DNA of 64,000 bases, from contig AP038806.1 of NCBI GenBank assembly GCA_047150005.1, positions 3,648,001 to 3,712,000 on the forward strand. Reading direction: 5' to 3'. Each line of letters opens with the position of its first letter. Position 1 is the first letter of the stretch. The translations under genes and the position numbers were made by a program. Below, one piece after another: positions 19,127 to 27,965 of the stretch. The DNA comes from Nitrospira sp. Lineage in GTDB: Bacteria > Nitrospirota > Nitrospiria > Nitrospirales > Nitrospiraceae. Below the pieces are notes generated by a model that was given only the letters and a program-made list of their open reading frames with translations, did no database searches and was not told the origin of the DNA.

Positions 19127-20276
19127 CTCCGATCTCAGGAAGCTGCGGGATGAAGGCTACGACGTCGAGATTCGGTCGGGCTATTTGCTGATCAAGGATG
19201 TTCCGTATGTGAACGCCAAGAAGGAGGTCCAGCGCGGCATTCTCGTTTCAGAACTGACTTTGGCTGGTGACGTAACCGCCACGCCGAGTAGCCATGTCGC
19301 CATGTTTGCGGGAGAGTATCCTTGCGACAAGGAGGGATCTCCACTCGAAAAGATCAGGCATGGGGGTGGCCAGCAACTGGCCGAGAATCTCACAGTCCAG
19401 TATTCGTTTTCGAGTAAGCCAGCCGGTGGCCGCAGCTACAAAGATTACTACGAGAAGATGACAGCCTATGTCGCCATATTCCTCAGTCACGCCCACGCAA
19501 TCGACCCCAATGTCACAGCGCAGACCTTTCCGGTTATTCCGACAGAGGAAGATGAGTCGGTCTTCAAGTACATCGACACGGCCTCGAGTAGAGCCGGGAT
19601 CAACATGGCCAACAAGAAGCTTGGATTAACAAAGGTCGCAATTGTTGGCCTCGGTGGTACAGGATCTTACGTCCTCGATCTGGTCGCGAAGACTCCAGTG
19701 ATGGAAATACATCTCTTTGACGGAGACGTGTTATTGTCACACAACGCGTTCAGATCCCCAAGTGCTGCGTCGGTCGAAGAACTGCGGTCGAAGCCAAAGA
19801 AGGTCGCCTACTTTAACGATATGTACTCCAAGATGCGTCGAGGCATCGTTGATCACGGCTACTACATCGACGCCTCGAATGTGGAGGAGCTGCAAGGAAT
19901 GGACTTCGTGTTTCTTTGCATCGACGCCGGCGCCGCAAAGAAGTTGATCGTCGAGAATCTGGAGAAGTTTGGTATACCGTTCATTGACGTGGGTATGGGC
20001 GTAGAACTCGTCGAAGACTCGTTGCGGGGAATCCTGCGAATCACAACCAGCACCGCTGAGCGACGCCAGCATTTTAGGCAAAGAGTCTCGTTGGCAGATG
20101 CGGGCGATTACGCCGATTATGACCGCAACATTCAGATCGCTGACCTCAATGCCTTTAACGCCGCCCTGGCTGTTGTAAAATGGAAAAAGCTTTATGGCTT
20201 TTATCTGGACTTCGAGAAGGAGCACAACAGCACCTATACCATAGACGGCAACATGCTCCTTAGCGAGGATCAATGA
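19101..20276 (+). CDS. E2-like (DUF6791-type) - ThiF/E1 fusion
   Basis: N-terminal L..L..EGY..YLLI.DVPYV, H..F.GEYPC; E1 VGLGGTGS, FDGD..HNAFR, FLCID, PFIDVGMG. Confidence 0.85.
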   Translation: MSQQLISRSSDLRKLRDEGYDVEIRSGYLLIKDVPYVNAKKEVQRGILVSELTLAGDVTATPSSHVAMFAGEYPCDKEGSPLEKIRHGGGQQLAENLTVQYSFSSKPAGGRSYKDYYEKMTAYVAIFLSHAHAIDPNVTAQTFPVIPTEEDESVFKYIDTASSRAGINMANKKLGLTKVAIVGLGGTGSYVLDLVAKTPVMEIHLFDGDVLLSHNAFRSPSAASVEELRSKPKKVAYFNDMYSKMRRGIVDHGYYIDASNVEELQGMDFVFLCIDAGAAKKLIVENLEKFGIPFIDVGMGVELVEDSLRGILRITTSTAERRQHFRQRVSLADAGDYADYDRNIQIADLNAFNAALAVVKWKKLYGFYLDFEKEHNSTYTIDGNMLLSEDQ

Positions 20277-20728
20277 TCAGGCGAGAAGTACATCTTAAGC
20301 ATGAATTCGTGGAATACATACCTGACCACTTAAAGGAAGGCACCATTTACGTTTCCTTATCCTTTGCAACGGCGGCACACAAGTGTTGCTGTGGATGCGG
20401 GAATACCGTTATCACTCCACTTTCTCCGACAGACTGGAAGCTCATCTTTGATGGAGAATCCATAACCCTCGATCCATCAATCGGGAACTGGAGTTTCCCG
20501 TGTCAGTCCCATTACTGGATAAAGCGCAATAGGGTTAGATGGGCTCCACAATGGTCCCAAAAACAGATTGAGGCTGGCAGGCTCCACGACCGGTTGGCCA
20601 AGGAGAGATACTTCGGTGTGACGCAGGATCAGTCTGCTGATCCTGATCCAAATGCAGCCGCCGAAGGACAGGGTGAGGAGAAACCATCTGAGGGCCTTTG
20701 GCGTAAAGCGAAGAGTTGGTGGGCATAA
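20273..20728 (+). CDS. DUF6527-like Cys/His-rich protein
   Basis: HKCCCGCG..TPL, LDPSIGNW.FPCQSHYWI; ATGA overlap. Confidence 0.8.
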   Translation: MIRREVHLKHEFVEYIPDHLKEGTIYVSLSFATAAHKCCCGCGNTVITPLSPTDWKLIFDGESITLDPSIGNWSFPCQSHYWIKRNRVRWAPQWSQKQIEAGRLHDRLAKERYFGVTQDQSADPDPNAAAEGQGEEKPSEGLWRKAKSWWA

Positions 20729-20893
20729 CGAAGAATGAGAGTCAGTTCTTCCATGCAACATCTTGCCAGCCGCGCATCTCATTAGCTTTCCAGCCAGAAA
20801 TTAGCTAAACTTTCGCCTCAATTCACCGGGTTAGCCAGACGGGTAGGCATCGGCTCACCATGTCTGAAGCGGAGCTGCTCTGGAAGGACTCTC

Positions 20894-23800
20894 GTGCGCC
20901 TCGATCAGCTGAAACCGAACATCATCGTCAGAGGGGCGATCTTTCCTGAGCCGGTTCAGGTGATTGTCGTTGTTCCGATGGGCGAGTCGGTGAAGCTCAT
21001 TGGGAAGGGACTCAATTCCGGGAAGGTACACGAGCCGATTCTGAATGCCGGGCAGCTTGCGAGTCTGGAAGCCACTCCTGAGAAAGAGCCATTCGATGGC
21101 GACCCACACAAGTTCCGGCTGGGCATCGAAGCGCTTCGTTTGGAATTAGCCTACGAGTACGACCCGTACTTTTCCCTCTCCATCGCTCGTGTTGATCCGC
21201 TCCCGCATCAGTTAGAGGCCGTCTACGACTACTTCATTAAGCTGCCGCGTATCCGCTTCTTATTGGCAGACGATCCAGGAGCCGGAAAGACAATCATGGC
21301 CGGCCTTCTGGTCAAAGAGTTAAAGATCCGAGGCCTCGTGAAGCGCACCCTCATTGTCGCCCCGGCGAATCTGTCCTTCCAATGGCAACGAGAAATGAAG
21401 GACAAGTTCCGGGAGAACTTTGAAATCGTGCGGAGTGACGTTCTTCGAGCCAACTATGGGACCAACCCATGGCAGGAGAAGAATCAAGTCATTACTTCTG
21501 TGTCATGGGTTTCACGGATTGAGGATGCAAAAGAAAGCCTGTTGCGAAGCCACTGGGATCTCATCATCGTTGATGAAGCACACAAGATGAGCGCCTACAG
21601 CGCCGAGAAGAAGACGCTGGCCTACCAGCTCGGAGAAGCCTTGGCAGACATGACTGATCACTATCTGCTGATGACTGCCACGCCGCATAAGGGAGATCCT
21701 CAGAACTTTTGCTTATTCCTCCAGTTGCTCGATCGTGATGTGTACGGAGACGTGAAGAGCTTGGAAGAAGCAATGAGGAGGCAGGAAGCACCATGCTACC
21801 TCAGGCGGGTCAAGGAAGCGCTGGTTACGTTCCCTGACCCTGACACGGGGAAGGTGAAGGCGCTGTTTACGAAGCGCCATGTCCGCACTTCTGAGTTCAA
21901 GATCGACGACGAGGAATGGGATTTTTATGACGCCTTGACTCGTTACGTTGAAGATCAATCGATCAAGGCCTCAGCCGATGATTCTGCCAGAGGGCGAGCG
22001 CTCGGCTTCACAATGGCGCTGCTCCAACGGCGGTTTGCATCCAGCATCTATGCCGTCCGCCGTACCTTGGAGCGTATGAGGGAGAAGCGAGAGAAGATCC
22101 TCGTCGATCCTCAGGCGTATCGACAGGAGCAAATCCTGAAGAACGTTCCCGATGAATTCGACGACTTACCAGAAGAAGAACAGCAGGAGATTCTCACCAA
22201 CCTAGAGAATGTTGTCGCGTCTGTTGATCCTGCCGCACTCAAGGAAGAGATCCTTCAACTTACGAAACTCATTGATCAGGCCCGTCAGTTGGAGCAACGG
22301 GAGGTCGAGTCTAAGCTGGTTCGGCTCAAGGAGTTGCTCACCGAACGTGGAATCTTCAAGGACGAGAAGATGAAGCTGCTCATCTTCACGGAGCACAAGG
22401 ACACCTTGGATTTCCTTGTCGGCAAGCTTCGCGAGTGGAAGCTTACCGTCACTCAGATCCACGGTGGCATGAAGATCGGCGACCGAGACACGGAGGGGAC
22501 CCGTATCTACGCTGAACGTGAGTTTCGTGAAGATTGCCAGGTGCTAGTGGCTACAGAGGCGGCAGGGGAGGGAATTAATCTTCAATTCTGTTGGCTCTTG
22601 GTCAATTACGACATCCCATGGAACCCTGTTCGGCTAGAGCAGCGCATGGGACGTATTCACCGCTATGGACAGGAAAAGGACTGTCTGATCTTCAATTTCG
22701 TCTCGACCAATACACGCGAAGGCCGAGTCCTCCATAAGCTCTTTGAGCGCATAGGCAAAATTGAGGACGATCTGGATCCAAAGCGTACAGGCAAAATATT
22801 TAATGTATTGGGAGAAGTCTTCCCAGCTAATCAGTTGGAACGCATGGTCCGAGACATGTACGCTCACAATCTGACCGAAGAGGTTATTAAGAGCAGAATT
22901 ATCGAACAGGTGGACACTGAACGCTTTAGGAAGATCACCCATTCAACGCTTGAAGGCCTGGCCAAACGGGAATTGAACTTGTCGGCCATTGTGGGGAAAT
23001 CGGCAGAAGCGAAGGAGCGACGGCTTGTCCCTGAGGTCATTCAAGACTTCTTTCTCCAAGCGGCTCCCTTGGCAGGAATTCACCCCAAGGAGACCGCCAA
23101 AGGTCAGCAGTCGTTCCGCATTGGGCGTATCCCTCGCACCCTCTGGCCAATAGGGGAAAAACTCGAACCACGGTTCGGGAAGCTCGGACGGGAATACAAG
23201 CACGTCGTTTTCGATAAGCGAATGCTTACCGAAGACCCAACTCTGGAATGGGTAACACCTGGGCATGTGCTTTTTGAGGTTGTACGTGATGATGTGTGGG
23301 GTCGAGTGCAAGCCAGTCTACGTCAGGGAGCGGTCTTCTTTGATCTCCATAGCAAGGAACCAGTCCGTTTGGATGTGTTCTCTGCCGCGATTCGAGATGG
23401 ACGCGGGAACGTCCTTCATCGACATTTGTTCGTTGTCCAGACCAACGTACAAGGGATCATGAGTATTCGGCAGCCCACCATATTTCTCGACCTCGCCTTG
23501 GCCCCTACAGATACGAAAGTTCCTGAAGACAGTGGGCTGCCCACCCGTGAGAGGGTCGAACAAGTACTTGTGGAGGAGGCCTTGCAGCCCTTTCTCTCGA
23601 CCATCAGTGCTCAGCGGGCAAGAGAGATTGAAACCATTTCCAAGCACATGGAGATCAGTCTCAACGAGTTAATCCACCGGCAGAATCTCCGCATGGCCGA
23701 GTTGCTCGAAGCTCAGAAACCAGGTGATACCAGTCCACTGCTCTCGGCCAATATTAAGACTACCGAAGACCGCCTCGATGAGTTGAATGGTCGGCTGGAG

Positions 23801-24313
23801 CGAAGACGTGAAGAACTTCAGCAAGAGAGACGCTGTACCATTACCGACATTCATCATCATGGACGAGCATGGGCATTACCGCATCCAGAGCGAGCATCGC
23901 CGCGCATCGCACCGATGGTTCGCGACGAGGAAATCGAGCGAATTGCGGTTCAAGCTGTTATAGCGCATGAAGAGGCGCGTGGTTGGAAAGTAGAAAGCGT
24001 CGAGAAAGACAATCGAGGGTTCGATCTAATCTCTCGCAAGTCACACCCTGAAGACCCGAAAACGGCCATCGAAGTGCGGTTCATTGAGGTCAAAGGGCGG
24101 GCTGTCGTTGGCGGAGTGGCACTTACGACGAACGAATACAAGACAGCGGAGCGGCTCAAGAAGGATTATTGGCTCTACGCGGTGTTTAATTGTGGCTCAG
24201 AGACGCAAATTCATATTGTTCAGGACCCGGCGCGCCTAGGGTGGGAGCCACTGGTGAAAATAGAGCATTACCACGTATCCGCCGACCAGATTGTGCGAGC
24301 AGCGACATCATGA
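20894..24313 (+). CDS. SNF2-family helicase with C-terminal DUF3883-like nuclease domain
   Basis: LADDPGAGKT, DEAH, TATP, GEGINLQ, EQRMGRIHR; GFDLIS..RFIEVKGR. Confidence 0.92.
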   Translation: MRLDQLKPNIIVRGAIFPEPVQVIVVVPMGESVKLIGKGLNSGKVHEPILNAGQLASLEATPEKEPFDGDPHKFRLGIEALRLELAYEYDPYFSLSIARVDPLPHQLEAVYDYFIKLPRIRFLLADDPGAGKTIMAGLLVKELKIRGLVKRTLIVAPANLSFQWQREMKDKFRENFEIVRSDVLRANYGTNPWQEKNQVITSVSWVSRIEDAKESLLRSHWDLIIVDEAHKMSAYSAEKKTLAYQLGEALADMTDHYLLMTATPHKGDPQNFCLFLQLLDRDVYGDVKSLEEAMRRQEAPCYLRRVKEALVTFPDPDTGKVKALFTKRHVRTSEFKIDDEEWDFYDALTRYVEDQSIKASADDSARGRALGFTMALLQRRFASSIYAVRRTLERMREKREKILVDPQAYRQEQILKNVPDEFDDLPEEEQQEILTNLENVVASVDPAALKEEILQLTKLIDQARQLEQREVESKLVRLKELLTERGIFKDEKMKLLIFTEHKDTLDFLVGKLREWKLTVTQIHGGMKIGDRDTEGTRIYAEREFREDCQVLVATEAAGEGINLQFCWLLVNYDIPWNPVRLEQRMGRIHRYGQEKDCLIFNFVSTNTREGRVLHKLFERIGKIEDDLDPKRTGKIFNVLGEVFPANQLERMVRDMYAHNLTEEVIKSRIIEQVDTERFRKITHSTLEGLAKRELNLSAIVGKSAEAKERRLVPEVIQDFFLQAAPLAGIHPKETAKGQQSFRIGRIPRTLWPIGEKLEPRFGKLGREYKHVVFDKRMLTEDPTLEWVTPGHVLFEVVRDDVWGRVQASLRQGAVFFDLHSKEPVRLDVFSAAIRDGRGNVLHRHLFVVQTNVQGIMSIRQPTIFLDLALAPTDTKVPEDSGLPTRERVEQVLVEEALQPFLSTISAQRAREIETISKHMEISLNELIHRQNLRMAELLEAQKPGDTSPLLSANIKTTEDRLDELNGRLERRREELQQERRCTITDIHHHGRAWALPHPERASPRIAPMVRDEEIERIAVQAVIAHEEARGWKVESVEKDNRGFDLISRKSHPEDPKTAIEVRFIEVKGRAVVGGVALTTNEYKTAERLKKDYWLYAVFNCGSETQIHIVQDPARLGWEPLVKIEHYHVSADQIVRAATS

Positions 24314-27300
24314 GTCAAATCACTTATCCTAAGCGTCTCATCGAGGTCGATCTTCCTATTAAGCGTATCTCCGCACATGCTAGGCGAGAAAAACTCGTTC
24401 GACACGGTCATATCTCCACACTTCATATTTGGTGGGCACGACGGCCGTTAGCTGCTTGTCGAGCCGTTATTTGTGCGGCATTGTGGCCTGATCCGGCGGA
24501 TCCATTGTGTCCTGAGAGCTTTAGATCTCATGCAAAACAATTGATGGAGAAATGGGCCAATGATCACCTGAAGCTGTGTGGAGAAGAAAGTGGACGGCAC
24601 TTCATCGCCATTCAAAAAGACCCGAATGTCTTGAAAGATAATGAAGTTCTTCGTCGGGCTTTGCTCGACTTCATCGCTGACTTTGCTAATTGGGACAATT
24701 CATTGGTGAAGGAATACCTCGACACCAGTTATTCCCTTACTCGGGCTGCACATGAAGCCTTGGGCGGTGTGCCGGGCAGCAGACCGCTCGTGGTTGATCC
24801 CTTTTCAGGTGGAGGTTCCATACCGGTCGAAGTCTTACGCGTGGGCGCCGACGCTTTTGCCAGTGATGTGAATCCCGTAGCAGTGCTACTTAATAAGGTC
24901 GTCGTTGAATATATCCCAAAGTATGGCCAACGCCTTGCGGAAGAAGTCCGCAAATGCGGCAATTGGATAAAAAATGAGGCCAAGAAGGAGTTGGCCGAGT
25001 ATTACCCTGCGGATTCGGATGGCGCGACACCCATCGCATACTTGTGGGCACGGACGGTGCTTTCGGAAGCGCCGACGCGAGATGACTTCCCAGTAGAGGT
25101 TCCACTTCTTCGCTCACTGTGGCTATCAAAGCGAAAAGAATATCCTCGCGCCCTTAGGTGGCTTCGAGATGAAAGTGGAGAGATAAAAACTGATGTGGTC
25201 GATGTAAGTTGGCAGGGACGAGATCTCAAGCTCCGCAGGCCTCTGTTGGAAATATTTGTGCCGACTAATGCAGATCAAGTCGAAGCCGGAACGGCCAAAG
25301 CCGGCTCCGCTACTTGTCCTATCACTGGATACACAACTTCAGCTGCGCGCGTGAAGGAGCAGCTTAAACAGCAGTCAGGAGGTGCTCAGCATTCACGGCT
25401 TTATGGAGTTTACGTTGAACGCCAGACTGGACGCGAATTTCGCATAGCTCGTGCCCATGACTATGCTGCTTTCCAGAAGGCGACTAAGGCCGCGTACAAA
25501 TTGCGTCAAACTGATCCCAACGTCTTCCCGACGGAACGAATTAATCCGATTCGTCCCTACAAGAACACGCGAGGATTGAGTGCAGTCACTCGAATTGGAT
25601 GCCAATCGTTTGGAGACTTGTATAACGCTCGTCAGGCGCTCTCTATTAATCGCTTTTTAGAAGCACTGCGTAGACTCGGACTAGTCGGGCATAACTTTGA
25701 ACCTGAATTTCTAAAGGCGGTTCAAACTGCATTGGCATTTGCTGTCAATCGAGGGGTCTCGCAAAATACTTCTTTGTCCCGTTGGGATGCCAGCCGTCTG
25801 ACGATCAAGGGCGCCTTCTCCAAGCAGGCTTTAGCGGTAGTTTGGGATTTCGCCGAAGCAAATCCATTCTCCGGAGGTTCTGGTGATTGGGACGGTGCAA
25901 TCGAGTGGGTAGCAAAGTTTATTGAGGCTAACCATTGCTTTCGAGCAACCGGAGCAGTTGCCCAGGCTTCTGCGACAAATATTCCTCTGCCATCCGACTC
26001 CGTGGCAGCTTTAGTAACAGATCCCCCTTACTTTGCAGCAATTCCATATGCTGACCTGTCCGATTTCTTTTATGTTTGGTTCAGGCGCGGGATCAGGAAC
26101 CTCTATCCTGACCTTTTCTCGACCGTTCTGACAGATAAGGCTAGTGAGCTAATCGTTACAAACGCGCAGAAGGGAAAAGAGGACAGAGTAAAAGACGATT
26201 CATTTTTTCGGGAAGGAATGGTTACGGCGCTAACATCGGCGAGGGATGTTGTTCAGCCAGACGGCATTGGCGTCGTTGTCTATGCCGAAGGAACGACGGC
26301 AGGATGGGAAGCGATATTAGGAGCAATCATAGGCTCCCATTGGACTATCACCTCTTCATGGCCGATTGATACTGAGATGGAGAATCGGACGCAAGCACAC
26401 CGCGCTGCCTCCCTGCAATCGTCGGTTCATCTTGTATGTCGCCCACGTGAGAATCCTGATGGCTCGGTGCGTAACGATGACGTTGGGGATTGGCGAGATG
26501 TGTTACAGGAATTGCCTCGCCGCATCCACGAATGGATGCCGCGCCTGGCCGCGGAGGGCGTCGTGGGTGCGGACGCCATCTTTGCGTGCCTCGGCCCGGC
26601 CCTGGAAATCTTCTCTCGCTATTCGCGTGTCGAAAAGGCTAGTGGGGAGGTTGTCACACTTAATGAATACCTGGAGCAAGTGTGGGCTGCCGTTGCCAAG
26701 GAAGCATTGGCGATGGTTTTTAAAGGGGCGGATGCCACTGGATTTGAGGAAGACGCTCGACTCACTGCCATGTGGCTATGGACATTGCGGACAGGTGAAA
26801 GCAATGGGAATGGGGAGGTTTTTGACGAAGAAGCGGAAGAAGACGATCAAGAGGATGAGGGTGGCAAGAAAGGGAAGGTCGCCGGGTTTGCGCTCGAATA
26901 TGATGCAGCTCGAAAGATTGCCCAAGGACTCGGAGCACATTTGGAGGACCTCACTTTTCTTGTCGAAATTAAGGGTGATATTGCCAGACTCTTACCGGTC
27001 AGTGAGCGTACACGAACGCTTTTCGGAAAGGATGACGCCCAAGCACCGACGACCGCCAAGAGGAAGAAAGAAGCACAACTTAAGCTTGGTTTTGAGGCTG
27101 AATTGCAAGAGGCCGAAGAGTCCAGTGGGTGGGGGCAAAAGGGAATCCCAAGAGTTGGGAGCACCGTGCTCGATCGGGTTCACCAATCAATGATTTTATT
27201 TGCAGCGGGACGAGGGGAAGCACTCAGGCGCTTTCTTGTGGATGAAGGGGTGGGTCGTGATGAGCGTTTCTGGAGACTTGCGCAGGCTTTGTCTGCGCTC

Positions 27301-27372
27301 TATCCAACTGGCAGTGACGAACGCCGTTGGGTTGAAGGGGTCCAAGCGCGCAAGAAGGGTCTTGGATTTTGA
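24310..27372 (+). CDS. DUF1156-family amino (adenine) DNA methyltransferase
   Basis: RLIEVDLP, LHIWWARRPL, DPFSGGGS (motif I), TDPPY (motif IV); ATGA overlap. Confidence 0.92.
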   Translation: MSQITYPKRLIEVDLPIKRISAHARREKLVRHGHISTLHIWWARRPLAACRAVICAALWPDPADPLCPESFRSHAKQLMEKWANDHLKLCGEESGRHFIAIQKDPNVLKDNEVLRRALLDFIADFANWDNSLVKEYLDTSYSLTRAAHEALGGVPGSRPLVVDPFSGGGSIPVEVLRVGADAFASDVNPVAVLLNKVVVEYIPKYGQRLAEEVRKCGNWIKNEAKKELAEYYPADSDGATPIAYLWARTVLSEAPTRDDFPVEVPLLRSLWLSKRKEYPRALRWLRDESGEIKTDVVDVSWQGRDLKLRRPLLEIFVPTNADQVEAGTAKAGSATCPITGYTTSAARVKEQLKQQSGGAQHSRLYGVYVERQTGREFRIARAHDYAAFQKATKAAYKLRQTDPNVFPTERINPIRPYKNTRGLSAVTRIGCQSFGDLYNARQALSINRFLEALRRLGLVGHNFEPEFLKAVQTALAFAVNRGVSQNTSLSRWDASRLTIKGAFSKQALAVVWDFAEANPFSGGSGDWDGAIEWVAKFIEANHCFRATGAVAQASATNIPLPSDSVAALVTDPPYFAAIPYADLSDFFYVWFRRGIRNLYPDLFSTVLTDKASELIVTNAQKGKEDRVKDDSFFREGMVTALTSARDVVQPDGIGVVVYAEGTTAGWEAILGAIIGSHWTITSSWPIDTEMENRTQAHRAASLQSSVHLVCRPRENPDGSVRNDDVGDWRDVLQELPRRIHEWMPRLAAEGVVGADAIFACLGPALEIFSRYSRVEKASGEVVTLNEYLEQVWAAVAKEALAMVFKGADATGFEEDARLTAMWLWTLRTGESNGNGEVFDEEAEEDDQEDEGGKKGKVAGFALEYDAARKIAQGLGAHLEDLTFLVEIKGDIARLLPVSERTRTLFGKDDAQAPTTAKRKKEAQLKLGFEAELQEAEESSGWGQKGIPRVGSTVLDRVHQSMILFAAGRGEALRRFLVDEGVGRDERFWRLAQALSALYPTGSDERRWVEGVQARKKGLGF

Positions 27373-27953
27373 CGTCAATTGCCCATAGATGGTTTCTCAC
27401 ATTCATGGAAACTGTCAGAAGGCATGAGACGGCGACTCTCTTGCGAGATGCGGCAATACAAGGACGACTCCAAAAATGGACAGAGGCGCTGACTGCGGTC
27501 GTTATCGCCACATGTCATACAGAGGGATGGAAGGGGGCTGCACGAGGGCATCGGTCAACGCTATTACCTATTGCCAGGCAGGAGTACTTAGGCCTGGATG
27601 TTGTGGCTTTTGACCTCGTGGGAGAGCGTCATTGGCGCCTCCCTCATGCGGTTTTCGAACTCGAAAACAGTCAAGACGATGACCGCGTTGCCTATTGCCT
27701 TTGGAAAGTCCTCTGTGTACGAAGCAAGCTGCGAGTGGTGTTCTGTTATCGCCGCGACCGAGAACAAGGAGTTAAGCTCGTTCGCCATCTTTCAAGCAGG
27801 GTCCTAAGTGAGATGCCAATGGCTGAGCGTACGAGCCTGGGCGCTGAAACCCTGCTCGTGACTGGATGCCGGAATGAAGCGGAGACCTTTCCATATGGAT
27901 TCTTCAAAGAATGGCTGCTCGACCTCAATACAGGACGATTTAGTCGAACGTAA
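27369..27953 (+). CDS. Hypothetical protein, possible PD-(D/E)xK-like nuclease
   Basis: EYLGLDVVAF ... AVFELEN; overlaps methylase stop. Confidence 0.6.
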   Translation: MTSIAHRWFLTFMETVRRHETATLLRDAAIQGRLQKWTEALTAVVIATCHTEGWKGAARGHRSTLLPIARQEYLGLDVVAFDLVGERHWRLPHAVFELENSQDDDRVAYCLWKVLCVRSKLRVVFCYRRDREQGVKLVRHLSSRVLSEMPMAERTSLGAETLLVTGCRNEAETFPYGFFKEWLLDLNTGRFSRT

Positions 27954-27965
27954 ACAGGTGACATC

